Shown piece by piece: positions 1-10,396 of a DNA stretch of 64,000 bases. Every line of letters starts with the position of its first letter. Position 1 is the stretch's first letter. The translations under genes and the position numbers were made by a program. The stretch is from NCBI GenBank assembly GCA_031390205.1, contig JANMTG010000084.1, positions 315 through 64,314 on the forward strand. Direction: 5' to 3'. Below the pieces are notes generated by a model. It did not search any database. It saw only the letters and a program-made list of their open reading frames with translations, and had not been told where the DNA came from. This DNA is from Gemmatimonadota bacterium. GTDB lineage: Bacteria > Gemmatimonadota > Gemmatimonadetes > Gemmatimonadales > Gemmatimonadaceae.

Positions 1-112
1 CAATCATTCTCGTTTTCGGCTTGTTCCCTGAGCCCATCGTTTCTTTCGCGCAGCGAAGCACGCTCGACGTCGCGAGGAAAGCGGCGCCCTCCGTCACAAC
101 CCGCTGAAGCCG

Positions 113-1480
113 ATGTCGCTGTCACAGAGCATTTTTCGCGAGTACGACATTCGCGGCATCGCCGGCCGGGATCTCACGGAAGAGGCGGCGACCGCGATCG
201 CGGGAGCTTATGCGGCGTTCATGGCGGAGCGCGGGGTCAGGGGCGCGCTCTCAGTCGGCCGCGATAACCGTCCGAGCGGCGAAGGCCTTCATCGCGCGCT
301 CGTGGCGGGCCTCCTGGCCAGCGGAGTAGACGTTGTGGACATCGGCGTCGTTCCCACTCCCGTCGCGTACTGGTCGCAACACAAGCTCGACGTGGTGGGC
401 GGCATACAGATAACGGGGTCCCACAACCCGCCCGAGTACAACGGCTTCAAGCTTGGCCTGGAGACGAAGCCGGTGTACGGCGCCGATATCCAGCACATCT
501 ATGAGCTTGCCACCGCGGGAAAATTTCCGAAGGGGAAGGGCACCCTTCGTAACGAGCCGGTCATTGACCGCTACATTGACGACATCGTCGCTCGGGTCGG
601 GACGCTTGGCCGCGACGTCAAAGCGGTCCTCGACTGCGGGAACGGCGCGGGCGCACTCGTGGCGCCGAAGCTTTTTCCAAGACTCGGGATAAAGCCCCGC
701 TGCCTGTTCTGCGACAGCGACGGCACTTTTCCCAACCACCATCCCGATCCCACCGTTCCAAAGAACGTCGAGGATCTGATCGCGGCTGTAAAACGCGACG
801 GCGCGGAAATCGGCATTGCATTCGACGGCGACGCCGACAGGATCGGAGTCATCGATGACGCGGGCGAGATGATCTGGGGTGACTATCTGCTCATAGTGTA
901 CGCCCGCGATGTTCTCGCGAGAACCGGCAGCGGTCAGTCCATCGTCTTCGACGTAAAGGCGTCGCAAGCTCTTCCCGAAGCGGTAGAGAAGGCGGGAGGG
1001 AAGCCCGTGATGTGGAAGACGGGGCATTCGCTGATAGAAGAAAAGATGCACGAGACCCACGCCCCGGTGGGCGGCGAGATGTCCGGCCACATGTTCTTTT
1101 CGGAGGGGTTCTACGGTTTTGACGATGCGCTGTATGGCGCGGCCAGGCTCCTTCAGATCGTAGCCCGTTCGGGAAAGACAGTGCGACAGCTGCTCGCGGA
1201 TGTACCTCGCTTCGTTTCGACACCCGAGATTCGCGTCAGCTGCCCCGACGACAGAAAATTCGGCATCGTAAGGGAAGCGCAGGAGTTTTTCTCCGCCAAG
1301 TACGAAGTGATTACCGTGGACGGCGTGCGTGTGCTGTTTGGAGACGGATGGGGACTAATCCGGGCCTCCAACACCGGGCCGCTGCTCGTCATGCGGTTCG
1401 AGGCGCGGACCAGAGAGCAGCTCGAGAGAATTCAATCCGAAATGCAGGGGTGGATTCGCTCCAAAGGCGTACAGGTTTGA
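113..1480 (+). CDS. phosphomannomutase/phosphoglucomutase (alpha-D-phosphohexomutase family)
   Basis: 455-aa ORF. Active-site loop TGSHNPPEYNGFK, the N-terminal FREYDIRG motif and the DGDADR metal loop are typical of PMM/PGM rather than GlmM. Confidence 0.9.
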   Translation: MSLSQSIFREYDIRGIAGRDLTEEAATAIAGAYAAFMAERGVRGALSVGRDNRPSGEGLHRALVAGLLASGVDVVDIGVVPTPVAYWSQHKLDVVGGIQITGSHNPPEYNGFKLGLETKPVYGADIQHIYELATAGKFPKGKGTLRNEPVIDRYIDDIVARVGTLGRDVKAVLDCGNGAGALVAPKLFPRLGIKPRCLFCDSDGTFPNHHPDPTVPKNVEDLIAAVKRDGAEIGIAFDGDADRIGVIDDAGEMIWGDYLLIVYARDVLARTGSGQSIVFDVKASQALPEAVEKAGGKPVMWKTGHSLIEEKMHETHAPVGGEMSGHMFFSEGFYGFDDALYGAARLLQIVARSGKTVRQLLADVPRFVSTPEIRVSCPDDRKFGIVREAQEFFSAKYEVITVDGVRVLFGDGWGLIRASNTGPLLVMRFEARTREQLERIQSEMQGWIRSKGVQV

Positions 1481-1481
1481 T

Positions 1482-3218
1482 GTGACGCCGCGCCGGCGCC
1501 TCCTTCTCGGGGTCGTCATCGCGGCTGCACTCGTCGTAGCCGGACGCGCTCTATCCGCGGCCTACGCCGATTACACGTGGTATCGCGCGATGGGTGCTTC
1601 GGCGCTCTGGAGCGAGCGCTTCGCCGACCTGAGCCTCATCTACGGCACCGGCTTCGCCGTTTCGTTCGCGATCGCGTTGGCCAATTTCTCCACCCTGGCC
1701 AGGAGCATTGGCGCCCTGACACTGCCGCGACGTCTGGCGAACGTCGAGTTTGGTGAAGCCGTACCAAGGCGGTACCTCGACCGTTTCGCTTTCGCTCTGT
1801 CACTTGGCGTCGCTGGATTGCTGCTGCCCTTGCTGCCGAGCTGGACGTCGCTGGCGCTCGTGCGCCGGGGTGTGAGCTTCCACGAGCGCGATCCCTATTT
1901 TCACCGCGACCTCGGCTTTTACACGACCTGGCTTCCATTCGAGAAGTCGGTCTATTCATGGGTGATGTTTCTGGTTGTGACCGTATCGCTCGTGGTCGTC
2001 GCGCTCTACTCACTTACTCCGGGACTCCGCTGGGAGCGGACGGGGTTGCGCATGAGCACTCTGGTGAGACGGCACTTGAGCGTTCTGGCGACCATAATCC
2101 TGCTCCTGACTATGTGGAGCTACAGACTTGCCTCGTACGACCTGCTGATTCAGACGGCAACCGAAGCCCGATCGTTCTCCTATGTGGAGCACCAATGGCT
2201 GCTCCCCGGACTGCTGATTCTCTCGATTGCCACCGCGGCAGCGGCAGCCACAATGCTCTTCAGCGGCTGGACGGGACAGTTGCGCACGAGCTTCGTCGCG
2301 GTCACGGCCGTGATAATCCTTTCGATTGCGGTGCAGGCGGTCGTTCCGCTCATCGTCGGGCGTTTCACCCCCGCGGACGCCATGGCCGCGAGCGAGCGGC
2401 CATACGCCGCGATGCGCGCGGAGTTTACACAACGGGCGTACGACGTCCCACCCCTCACGCGCGAATCCGTCCGGAGAGCGGACCTGCCGGCGACGGATGC
2501 TCCGCCGCTCGACGGAGATGAGCGACCTTCGCTTCAGCAGGATTCGCTCGTCTACCCGGGCGCGGCGGGTTTGCTGGTCATCAATGAGCCGCAGCTCGAT
2601 GTGGCCGGGCAGCGTTTGGGCGACGGGCTTTCGCGGCTGGCATATGGGTGGGCATACCAGTCGCTGGGATTGCTCTCCGACTCGGTGTCCCACCGGGCGC
2701 GCCTCGTCACGGTTCGCGATGTGCGACGGAGAGTCGGAGCGCTGGCGCCGGTTTTCGCACAGGGAAACACGGCCGCGCCTCTCTTTCACGCCGACACCCT
2801 GTACTGGAAGATCGAGCTCTATTCCGCGTCGTCCGACTATCCGCTCAGCGAACCCCGCGTTCTTGCAGGAGGCGACCGCAATTACTTCAGGCACGCGGCA
2901 ACCGCTCTCGTCAACGCCCGGACGGCGCGCGTGACCTTCGCGGCAGCTCCCAATCCTGACCCAATCGCCCGTGAGTGGATACGCGCCTTCCCCCACGCTA
3001 GTGACTACCGCGCCCCCGCGATCGTGCGCGGGCTTGCGGCGACTCCCTGGAGTCCCGCCGACCCTGGCACGCACACGCCATCGGACGATTCGATGTTCCG
3101 GACCGAGGTCACGCGACTGTACAACCTGATGCGGGCATCCCTCGCGGCTGGGAACCTCACCGCGTTCAGCGCTGCCTACGATTCGCTCGGTGCGCTCATC
3201 GCTCCGGCGCGGAGATGA
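1482..3218 (+). CDS. UPF0182-like polytopic membrane protein (short form)
   Basis: GTG start 1 nt after the upstream stop. The basic N-terminus is followed by a TM helix and the WY..MG motif (ADYTWYRAMGAS), then several hydrophobic segments. The C-terminal helix LAAGNLTAFSAAYDSLGALI resembles the UPF0182 tail. Family call is from memory of the family pattern. Confidence 0.55.
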   Translation: MTPRRRLLLGVVIAAALVVAGRALSAAYADYTWYRAMGASALWSERFADLSLIYGTGFAVSFAIALANFSTLARSIGALTLPRRLANVEFGEAVPRRYLDRFAFALSLGVAGLLLPLLPSWTSLALVRRGVSFHERDPYFHRDLGFYTTWLPFEKSVYSWVMFLVVTVSLVVVALYSLTPGLRWERTGLRMSTLVRRHLSVLATIILLLTMWSYRLASYDLLIQTATEARSFSYVEHQWLLPGLLILSIATAAAAATMLFSGWTGQLRTSFVAVTAVIILSIAVQAVVPLIVGRFTPADAMAASERPYAAMRAEFTQRAYDVPPLTRESVRRADLPATDAPPLDGDERPSLQQDSLVYPGAAGLLVINEPQLDVAGQRLGDGLSRLAYGWAYQSLGLLSDSVSHRARLVTVRDVRRRVGALAPVFAQGNTAAPLFHADTLYWKIELYSASSDYPLSEPRVLAGGDRNYFRHAATALVNARTARVTFAAAPNPDPIAREWIRAFPHASDYRAPAIVRGLAATPWSPADPGTHTPSDDSMFRTEVTRLYNLMRASLAAGNLTAFSAAYDSLGALIAPARR

Positions 3219-4162
3219 GCGCTGTGCCGAAAACAGCGGTGATAGCAGTCGGCGGAAACGCCCTCTCTCCGCCCGGTGAGAGATCCACGATTGCCGACCA
3301 GTTCCGGCACAGCCGCGAGAGCCTGGGACCGATCGTCGATCTGGCGCTCGATGGGTGGCGGCTCGTGGTCGTGCACGGCAACGGGCCGCAGGTGGGCGAC
3401 GAGCTGGTACGGAATGAAAAGGCCCGTTCCGAAGTTGCCCCGCTTCCGCTGGGCGTGTTGGTCGCCGGAACGGCTGGATGGATCGGCTATATGCTCCAGC
3501 AGTCGCTCGAGAACGCCCTCCGGAAGGCTGGTAGCTGTCGCGATGTCGTGACGATCCTCACGCAGGTGGAAGTCGCGGCGGACGATCCGGCGCTCAAGGA
3601 TCCGAAGAAATTCATCGGGCACGGCCTTTCCGTCAACCGCGCGCGCGAGCTGCGGGGCGAGGGTCACCCGGTGAAAAAGGATGCGAAGGGGCATTTCCGA
3701 CGTGTTGTTGGCAGTCCTGAGCCGCTCGCGATACACGAGCTCTCAACCATCCGCAGCCTGGTCGAGAGGGACACCGTCGTGATCGCCTGCGGTGGAGGCG
3801 GAATTCCGGTCTATCGTGATCCGCGGCTCGGACTCGAAGGTGTGGACGCAGTTGTCGACAAGGACCTCGCCGCGGCGGTGCTCGCGCGCGAGCTGGGGGC
3901 CGAGCTCCTCCTCATACTTACCGACGTTGACGCCGTTTACACCGGTTGGGGAACGGAGCAGCGGAAAGCGATCAACTCCATGTCCGTTGGCGAAGCTGAC
4001 AGGCTCGCGGCCGTGGGCGCGTTCGGAGAAGGAAGCATGGGGCCCAAAGTTGCGGCAGCGGTGAGCTACGTGCGTGCGACACAGGGACGTGCCATAATTA
4101 CGGAGCTGAGCAGAGGAAGAGCCGCGGTTCGAGGCTCGGGCGGCACGGAGGTCACTCCCTAA
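3215..4162 (+). CDS. arcC: carbamate kinase
   Basis: ATGA overlap with the upstream gene. N-terminal AVIAVGGNAL and VVVHGNGPQVG motifs of the amino-acid kinase/carbamate kinase family; 315 aa. Confidence 0.85.
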   Translation: MSAVPKTAVIAVGGNALSPPGERSTIADQFRHSRESLGPIVDLALDGWRLVVVHGNGPQVGDELVRNEKARSEVAPLPLGVLVAGTAGWIGYMLQQSLENALRKAGSCRDVVTILTQVEVAADDPALKDPKKFIGHGLSVNRARELRGEGHPVKKDAKGHFRRVVGSPEPLAIHELSTIRSLVERDTVVIACGGGGIPVYRDPRLGLEGVDAVVDKDLAAAVLARELGAELLLILTDVDAVYTGWGTEQRKAINSMSVGEADRLAAVGAFGEGSMGPKVAAAVSYVRATQGRAIITELSRGRAAVRGSGGTEVTP

Positions 4163-4215
4163 GTGCCGTCTTTCTATTTCGCCAATCCGCGTCCACGCGC
4201 GCGTTCGGAGCACGG

Positions 4216-5367
4216 GTGAATATCCACGAGTATCAGGCAAAGGAAATATTTCGGAAGGCCGGCATCCCGATCCCGCCAGGCGAGGTCGCCACCACCGCCG
4301 AAGAGGCGGAAGCCATCGCCCGAAAGTTCGGTGGCACTGTTGTCGTGAAAGCGCAGGTGCACGCGGGCGGGCGCGGGAAGGCGGGCGGTGTGAAGCTCGC
4401 CAGGACCCCGGAAGATGCGAAGAGCGTCGCGCGCGACATCCTCAAGCTCAGAATCAAGGACCTGCCGGTTACCAAAGTTCTCGTAACGCCGGCAGCAGAC
4501 ATCGCGTCGGAGGCATACGCGGGCATCATCGTTGACCGTGCCTCGAAGCGGGCCGTGTTCATGGTGAGCCCAGCGGGGGGAATCGACATCGAAGAGGTGG
4601 CGGCGAAGACGCCCGAGAAAATTCTTCGCCTTGCGGTTGATCCTCGTTACGGGCTCCAGGCGTACGAAGCGATGCAGCTCGCGTTCTTCCTCTATCCCGA
4701 CATCAGGCAGGCACGTCCCGCCGCCAGGATTCTGCAGCAGTTGTACGAGGCTTTCACCACGAGCGGAGCATCGCTGGCCGAGATCAATCCGCTGGTCACT
4801 ACTCCCGCGGGAGACGTGCTCGCGCTCGATGCAAAGATGGTCGTGGATGACAACGAGATCGACCGGCGCCCGGACATGGCGGCGCTACGCGACGAGTCGT
4901 CGGAAGATCCGAGCGAAGTCGAGGCCCGCAACGCCAACCTCACTTTCATCAAGCTCGATGGCAACGTCGGCTGCGTCGTCAACGGCGCCGGCCTCGCGAT
5001 GGCGACCATGGATCTCGTCAAATACTATGGCGGTGATCCAGCAAATTTCCTCGACATCGGAGGTTCTTCCAATCCGGAAAAAGTGGTGAGTGCCCTGCGC
5101 ATCATCACCTCCGACCCAAACGTGAAGGCGATCCTCTTCAACATCTTCGGCGGCATCACGCGCACCGACGACGTCGCCAACGGAATCGTGACGGCCACGC
5201 GGCAGAATCCGCTCAAGGTTCCTCTGGTGATCCGCCTCACCGGCACGAACGAGGAAATCGCGCTGGAGATTCTGAAAAAGGCGGGCATGTCCGCGATGAC
5301 GGACATGGACGAAGCCGTGAAGAAAGCCGTCGAGCTCGCCATCGGCGGAAGAGGGAAAACCGCATGA
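4216..5367 (+). CDS. sucC: succinyl-CoA synthetase beta subunit
   Basis: Canonical N-terminus [18 protein letters not shown] (GTG start), an ATP-grasp domain, and the following sucD. Confidence 0.96.
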   Translation: MNIHEYQAKEIFRKAGIPIPPGEVATTAEEAEAIARKFGGTVVVKAQVHAGGRGKAGGVKLARTPEDAKSVARDILKLRIKDLPVTKVLVTPAADIASEAYAGIIVDRASKRAVFMVSPAGGIDIEEVAAKTPEKILRLAVDPRYGLQAYEAMQLAFFLYPDIRQARPAARILQQLYEAFTTSGASLAEINPLVTTPAGDVLALDAKMVVDDNEIDRRPDMAALRDESSEDPSEVEARNANLTFIKLDGNVGCVVNGAGLAMATMDLVKYYGGDPANFLDIGGSSNPEKVVSALRIITSDPNVKAILFNIFGGITRTDDVANGIVTATRQNPLKVPLVIRLTGTNEEIALEILKKAGMSAMTDMDEAVKKAVELAIGGRGKTA

Positions 5368-6236
5368 GCATCTTCATTGACAAGGGCACCCGGGTTCTGG
5401 TACAGGGAATCACCGGACGCGACGGCTCGTTCCACGCGAAGCAAATGATCGAATATGGAACGCAGGTAGTCGGAGGTGTGACTCCGGGCAAGGGTGGGCA
5501 GAAGTTCGAGGGCACGGTTCCAATTTTCAATACTGTGGCGGAAGCGGTGAAGGTGACGCGCGCCGACGCGAGCGTGATCTACGTCCCGCCTGCTTTCGCC
5601 GCGGATGCCATGATGGAAGCGGCCGATGCCGGAATCGCATTCATCGTATGCATTACCGAGGGCGTTCCGGTGCTCGACATGACGCGTGTGTACCCCTTCG
5701 TTACCGAAAAAGGATCGCGGCTTCTCGGACCGAATTGCCCAGGTCTCATCTCTCCGGGCAAATCGAAGATTGGAATCATTCCCGGCCGCATTTGCGTGCC
5801 CGGCCCCATAGGTTTGGTGAGCCGGTCCGGGACGCTGACCTACGAAGTCGTGTACCAGATGACGCGCGCCAAGATGGGCCAGACGACGTGCGTAGGCATC
5901 GGCGGCGACCCGATCAATGGCACGAGCTTCATCGACTGTCTGGCAGCGTTCGAAAAGGATCCCGAGACAAAGGCCGTTGTCATGATCGGTGAGATCGGTG
6001 GTACGGACGAGCAGGACGCGGCGCGCTTCGTCCGCGAGAAGATGTCCAAGCCGGTGGTCGGGTTCATTGCCGGACAGACGGCCCCCCCCGGGCGCCGAAT
6101 GGGACACGCCGGGGCAATCATCTCGGGATCGACTGGAACCGCAGCGGAGAAAATGCAGGCATTCGAGGAGAACGGCATCGCGGTGGCAAAGCGGCCTATC
6201 GACGTAGTGCAATTACTCAAACACGCGACACGCTAG
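5364..6236 (+). CDS. sucD: succinyl-CoA synthetase alpha subunit
   Basis: ATGA overlap with suc[20 protein letters not shown], and the active-site His context GHAGAIISG. Confidence 0.96.
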   Translation: MSIFIDKGTRVLVQGITGRDGSFHAKQMIEYGTQVVGGVTPGKGGQKFEGTVPIFNTVAEAVKVTRADASVIYVPPAFAADAMMEAADAGIAFIVCITEGVPVLDMTRVYPFVTEKGSRLLGPNCPGLISPGKSKIGIIPGRICVPGPIGLVSRSGTLTYEVVYQMTRAKMGQTTCVGIGGDPINGTSFIDCLAAFEKDPETKAVVMIGEIGGTDEQDAARFVREKMSKPVVGFIAGQTAPPGRRMGHAGAIISGSTGTAAEKMQAFEENGIAVAKRPIDVVQLLKHATR

Positions 6237-6250
6237 GACAAACAGCAAGA

Positions 6251-6670
6251 ATGGCTGGAACCAGAACACTTACAATCATCAAGCCCGACGCCTTCGACGC
6301 CGGCAAGGCGGGACAGATCGTGGCGCACCTCGAGAAGGCCGGCTTCAGGGTCGTCGCGGCGAGGGTGATGCGGCTCACCCCGGAACAGGCCGGGGCATTC
6401 TATGCCGTTCATCGCGAGCGACCCTTCTTCGCCTCGCTGACGCGATTCATGACGTCCGGCCACTGCATGCCACTTGTCCTGGAGAGAGCCGACGCCGTGA
6501 CCGCACTCCGAAAAACGATCGGCGCCACCGATCCCGCCGAAGCCGAAGCTGGTACGGTGCGTAAGCTCTACGCCGAGTCGAAGGAGCGGAACGCGATCCA
6601 CGCCTCCGATTCGGACGAGAACGCCGAGCGCGAAGCCCGGTTTTTCTTTGCCGAAGCCGAGCTGGTTTAG
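6251..6670 (+). CDS. ndk: nucleoside-diphosphate kinase
   Basis: [11 protein letters not shown] at the N-terminus and the active-site NAIHASDS; 139 aa. Confidence 0.96.
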   Translation: MAGTRTLTIIKPDAFDAGKAGQIVAHLEKAGFRVVAARVMRLTPEQAGAFYAVHRERPFFASLTRFMTSGHCMPLVLERADAVTALRKTIGATDPAEAEAGTVRKLYAESKERNAIHASDSDENAEREARFFFAEAELV

Positions 6671-6700
6671 GAGTCATAAACCCGCTAGGTTAAAGAGCTT

Positions 6701-7213
6701 ATGCTGTCCTTCGACATTCGTTCGCTGGAAACGAAGGCCGTGCAGGTGGACGGCTCGCTTGAACCCGATGACCCGGTCTGGGAACAAGGGGATACACGCC
6801 CGTCCGACCCTGTAGAGGTTACGGGAAGACTGTCGAGTGCGGGCGAGGGCCGGTTCTATTTCAGTGGCCGGATTGCGGGCAGTGTCGAGCTGCCGTGCCG
6901 GCTCTGCCTCGAGAATGTCCCGGTCCCGGTCGCGGAGGAGGTTCATTTCCTGCTCGCTGAGACTGGCGCGGAAGAGGCCGATGATCCGGATGTGTTTCTC
7001 TACGATCCGTCCGCGCGCATGCTGGACCTGCGCTCGGCGGTGAGAGAGACATGGCTCCTCACTGCTCCGGCATTCGTCCAGTGCACTGAGGACTGCAAGG
7101 GGCTTTGCGCCGTCTGCGGCACGAACCTCAACGAGGCTGCGTGCAATTGCGCGCCAATAAAGGCTGATACGCGCTGGGGCGCGCTGCTCAAGCACCAGAG
7201 CGACGCTCACTAG
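6701..7213 (+). CDS. yceD: YceD/DUF177 family protein
   Basis: Sits immediately upstream of rpmF, as in most bacteria. C-terminal Cys cluster CTEDCKGLCAVCGTNLNEAACNC. Confidence 0.8.
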   Translation: MLSFDIRSLETKAVQVDGSLEPDDPVWEQGDTRPSDPVEVTGRLSSAGEGRFYFSGRIAGSVELPCRLCLENVPVPVAEEVHFLLAETGAEEADDPDVFLYDPSARMLDLRSAVRETWLLTAPAFVQCTEDCKGLCAVCGTNLNEAACNCAPIKADTRWGALLKHQSDAH

Positions 7214-7244
7214 CACTTCACATCATTAATCAGGTACACGACCA

Positions 7245-7427
7245 ATGGCAGTTCCAAAGAGACGAACCTCCAAGCGTAAGAAGCGCGCCCGCAATACGCA
7301 CAAGACAGCGCCCGCGATCGCCATTCAGAAGTGTCCGCGCTGCCAGAGCATGAAGCGGCCGCACCACGTCTGCGAGGAGTGCGGATATTACGCGGGCGAA
7401 CAGCGAGTAGAGCCAAGGGAAGCGTAG
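7245..7427 (+). CDS. rpmF: 50S ribosomal protein L32
   Basis: MAVPKRRTSKRKKRAR plus a CxxC...CxxC zinc ribbon; 60 aa. Confidence 0.96.
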   Translation: MAVPKRRTSKRKKRARNTHKTAPAIAIQKCPRCQSMKRPHHVCEECGYYAGEQRVEPREA

Positions 7428-8468
7428 TTGGCGCGAATCGCGTTGGACGCAATGGGGGGAGATTTTGCTCCCAAAGCTACAATCGCGGGAGGTTTACTCG
7501 CCCTCCAGGAACTCGATGGCGCGCACCGGCTACAGCTCGTCGGTCAGACAGCCGTAATCGAGTCGCATCTCGCGAGCCTTCTGTCGGGTGAGCACTCAGC
7601 CGCGGCCAGCGAGCGCGGGCGGATCGACATCGTCGAAGCGCCCGACATCATCGAGATGTCGGCAAAGCCGACAGCCGCGTTGCGCAAGAATCCCAACAGC
7701 TCGATGGTCGTCGGACTCAAGCTTCAGGTGGACGGAGAGTCCGACGCGTTCGTGTCCGCCGGAAGCACCGGCGCGCAGATGGCGGCGTCAACGATGCTCC
7801 TCAAGCTACAGCCTGGCCTCACGCGCCCGGCTATCGCCACCGTCTTTCCAACGGTTCGCAATCCGGTCATTGTTCTCGATTCGGGAGCGAATGTGGATTG
7901 CTCCGTCGGTGAGCTTCTCCAGTTCGCGTGGCTTGGCGCGGTTTACGCTGAATGCATCTTCGGGAGAACGAATCCGTCGATCGGATTGCTGTCCATCGGA
8001 GAAGAGCCGGAGAAGGGAAACGCGGTGGTCAAAGAGGCGAATGTGCTGTTCCGGAAGGCTGGCTTCAACTTTCACGGAAATGTCGAGGGTCGTGATCTCC
8101 CGGCCGGCGCCAGCGATCGCGGTCCGTTCGACGTGGTTATCTGCGATGGCTTCGTCGGCAACGTCGTGCTGAAGTTTTACGAAGCGGTTTCGCCGATGAT
8201 TCTCGGCCTGCTGGGGGAACACCCTGGAATCGATCCCGAAGACGTGCGGGCCGCGCTCAAAATCCTCGATTCCAGCGAGTATGGCGGCGCCCCGCTGCTC
8301 GGCGTGCGGGGAGTCAGCATCATCTGTCACGGCAATTCCTCTCCCCGGGCCATAAAAAATGCGATCAAAGTGGCGGTGCGGGCGGTGGACACGCGCATGA
8401 ATGATCAGATCGGCATTCGGCTCGAGTCAGCGGCACCCACGATCGAAGCGGCCGCGAGATCGGCATGA
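7428..8468 (+). CDS. plsX: phosphate acyltransferase PlsX
   Basis: TTG start directly after the rpmF stop. ARIALDAMGGDFAPKA N-terminus; rpmF-plsX-fabH synteny. Confidence 0.95.
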   Translation: MARIALDAMGGDFAPKATIAGGLLALQELDGAHRLQLVGQTAVIESHLASLLSGEHSAAASERGRIDIVEAPDIIEMSAKPTAALRKNPNSSMVVGLKLQVDGESDAFVSAGSTGAQMAASTMLLKLQPGLTRPAIATVFPTVRNPVIVLDSGANVDCSVGELLQFAWLGAVYAECIFGRTNPSIGLLSIGEEPEKGNAVVKEANVLFRKAGFNFHGNVEGRDLPAGASDRGPFDVVICDGFVGNVVLKFYEAVSPMILGLLGEHPGIDPEDVRAALKILDSSEYGGAPLLGVRGVSIICHGNSSPRAIKNAIKVAVRAVDTRMNDQIGIRLESAAPTIEAAARSA

Positions 8469-9454
8469 AAAGACCGTACGCCGCAATCGCCGGAACTGGC
8501 CGCGGGTTGCCGGCGCATGTGATGACCAATCACGACTTCGCGGCGATCGGGATCGAGACGACGCATGAGTGGATTTACGAGCGCAGCGGGATAGTCGAAC
8601 GACGCATTGCCCGGAATGGGGAGACGACATGCTCGATGTCGTCCGACGCCGCCCGGCTGGCGATGTCCGCGGCGGGCGTCCACGCCGGCGAGATCGATGT
8701 CGTCATCCTGGCCACCGCCACTCCCGATCGTTTGCTGCCCGCCACTGCCGTGGACATCCAGGCGGAACTGGGCGCGACCCGCGCCGCCGCGTTCGACTTG
8801 AGTGCGGCCTGCTCCGGCTGGCTCTATGCGATGACGACTGCCGAAGGGCTCATCATGTCTGGCGTCGCCGAGACCGCGCTGGTGATCGGAGCGGAGAAGA
8901 TGAGCGCCATCGTCGACTGGAAGGATCGCTCGACGTGTGTGCTGTTCGGCGACGGCGCCGGCGCCGTCGTACTAAAAAAGAGCAGGCAAGGCAAGGGAAT
9001 TCTCTCCACCTACATGCGGAGCGACGGCAAGCTCGCCGACCTCCTGTATCGGCCCAACGGCGGCGCAACCACCCCCATGTCCGCCGCGATCCTCGAAGAT
9101 GGGTCGCATTTGGTGCGCATGGCTGGCCGTGAGGTGTTCAAGCACGCTGTGCGCTCTATGGCGGATGCTGCCGACCGCGCGCTCGACGGCGCAAAGCTCA
9201 CCGGCTCGGATATCGACCTTCTCATCCCGCACCAGGCGAATGTCCGGATCATCGAGGCGACGGCCAAGCACGCCGGCATCGCGATGGACAAGGTCTACGT
9301 CAACGTCGACCGGTACGGCAACACGTCGTCCGCATCCATCCCGATCGCCCTCGACGAGGCGATCGAAACCGGAAGGGTCAAGGAGGGTTCGACGGTGATG
9401 ATGGTGGCGTTCGGCGCCGGTTTCACATGGGCGTCAATGATCGTGCGCTTCTGA
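8465..9454 (+). CDS. fabH: 3-oxoacyl-ACP synthase III
   Basis: ATGA overlap. Active-site Cys context AACSGWLYA and C-terminal GNTSSASIP. Confidence 0.95.
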   Translation: MKRPYAAIAGTGRGLPAHVMTNHDFAAIGIETTHEWIYERSGIVERRIARNGETTCSMSSDAARLAMSAAGVHAGEIDVVILATATPDRLLPATAVDIQAELGATRAAAFDLSAACSGWLYAMTTAEGLIMSGVAETALVIGAEKMSAIVDWKDRSTCVLFGDGAGAVVLKKSRQGKGILSTYMRSDGKLADLLYRPNGGATTPMSAAILEDGSHLVRMAGREVFKHAVRSMADAADRALDGAKLTGSDIDLLIPHQANVRIIEATAKHAGIAMDKVYVNVDRYGNTSSASIPIALDEAIETGRVKEGSTVMMVAFGAGFTWASMIVRF

Positions 9455-9457
9455 TCG

Positions 9458-10396
9458 GTGGACATCGTACTGCTCTTTCCCGGGCAGGGATCGCAGAAGC
9501 CTGGAATGGGAAAAGATCTCGCCGAAGCATTTCCGGTGGCTCGCTCGGTGTTCGGCGAGGTTGACGCCGCGATCGGCGGCGACCTGAGCAAACTCTGCTT
9601 CGAGGGTCCGGCGGAGGAGCTCACGAATACGAGCAATGCGCAGCCTGCGCTGTTCGCTCACGGAGCAGCGGTGTGGGCGCTCACCAGGGAAGCCGTCCGC
9701 CCCCACACGAGAGCCGCCGCGGGACATTCGCTCGGTGAGTTCACCGCGTATCACGCGGCCGACGCCCTTGGACTGACGGGTGGAGCAAAACTGGTGAGAC
9801 GGCGCGGTGAGCTGATGCTCGCCGCCGGTGAAGCGCGACCGGGAACAATGGCGGCCGTCGTCGGGAAGACGACTATTCCTGTAACAGAGCTGTGCGACCG
9901 CGCATCGCGTGAGGTAGCTCTTGTCGTCCCCGCGAACTTCAACACCGACGAACAGACGGTCGTCTCCGGTGAGATCGCCGGCGTCGAACGCCTGATGGAG
10001 CTGGCAAAGGAGGCCGGTGCAAGGCGCGTGATCAAGCTCGCCGTGAGTGGCGCATTTCACTCACCACTCATGGAGCCGGCCGCGGTGGGTCTCGCCGCCG
10101 CGTGCGCGAGCACCGCCTTCACCGATCCGGCGTTCCCCGTTTTTTCCAACGTCACGGCGGCTCCGTGCACCGATGCCAATGGCGCGAAAGAGCTGCTCGT
10201 GCGTCAGCTCACTTCTCCCGTCCGGTGGGCAACCCAGGTGAGACACATCGCCGACCGTTATCCGAATGCGACTTATGTGGAAATGGGTCCCGGCCAGGTG
10301 TTGCGCGGGATGGTCGCGCGCCTGGTGCCGGGAGCGAAAACCATCTCCTGTGGAACTGCCGCCGAAGTCGAGGCGCTCCTGAGGCTGGTGGCGTGA
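9458..10396 (+). CDS. fabD: malonyl-CoA:ACP transacylase
   Basis: LLFPGQGSQKPGMG and the active-site GHSLGEF. Confidence 0.95.
   Translation: MDIVLLFPGQGSQKPGMGKDLAEAFPVARSVFGEVDAAIGGDLSKLCFEGPAEELTNTSNAQPALFAHGAAVWALTREAVRPHTRAAAGHSLGEFTAYHAADALGLTGGAKLVRRRGELMLAAGEARPGTMAAVVGKTTIPVTELCDRASREVALVVPANFNTDEQTVVSGEIAGVERLMELAKEAGARRVIKLAVSGAFHSPLMEPAAVGLAAACASTAFTDPAFPVFSNVTAAPCTDANGAKELLVRQLTSPVRWATQVRHIADRYPNATYVEMGPGQVLRGMVARLVPGAKTISCGTAAEVEALLRLVA

Noticed and set aside
3215-4162. Carbamate kinase as part of an arginine deiminase (arcABC) operon.
   Set aside because: No arcA, arcB or arcD homologues are adjacent. It sits between a UPF0182-like gene and sucCD, so it is annotated only as an orphan carbamate kinase.
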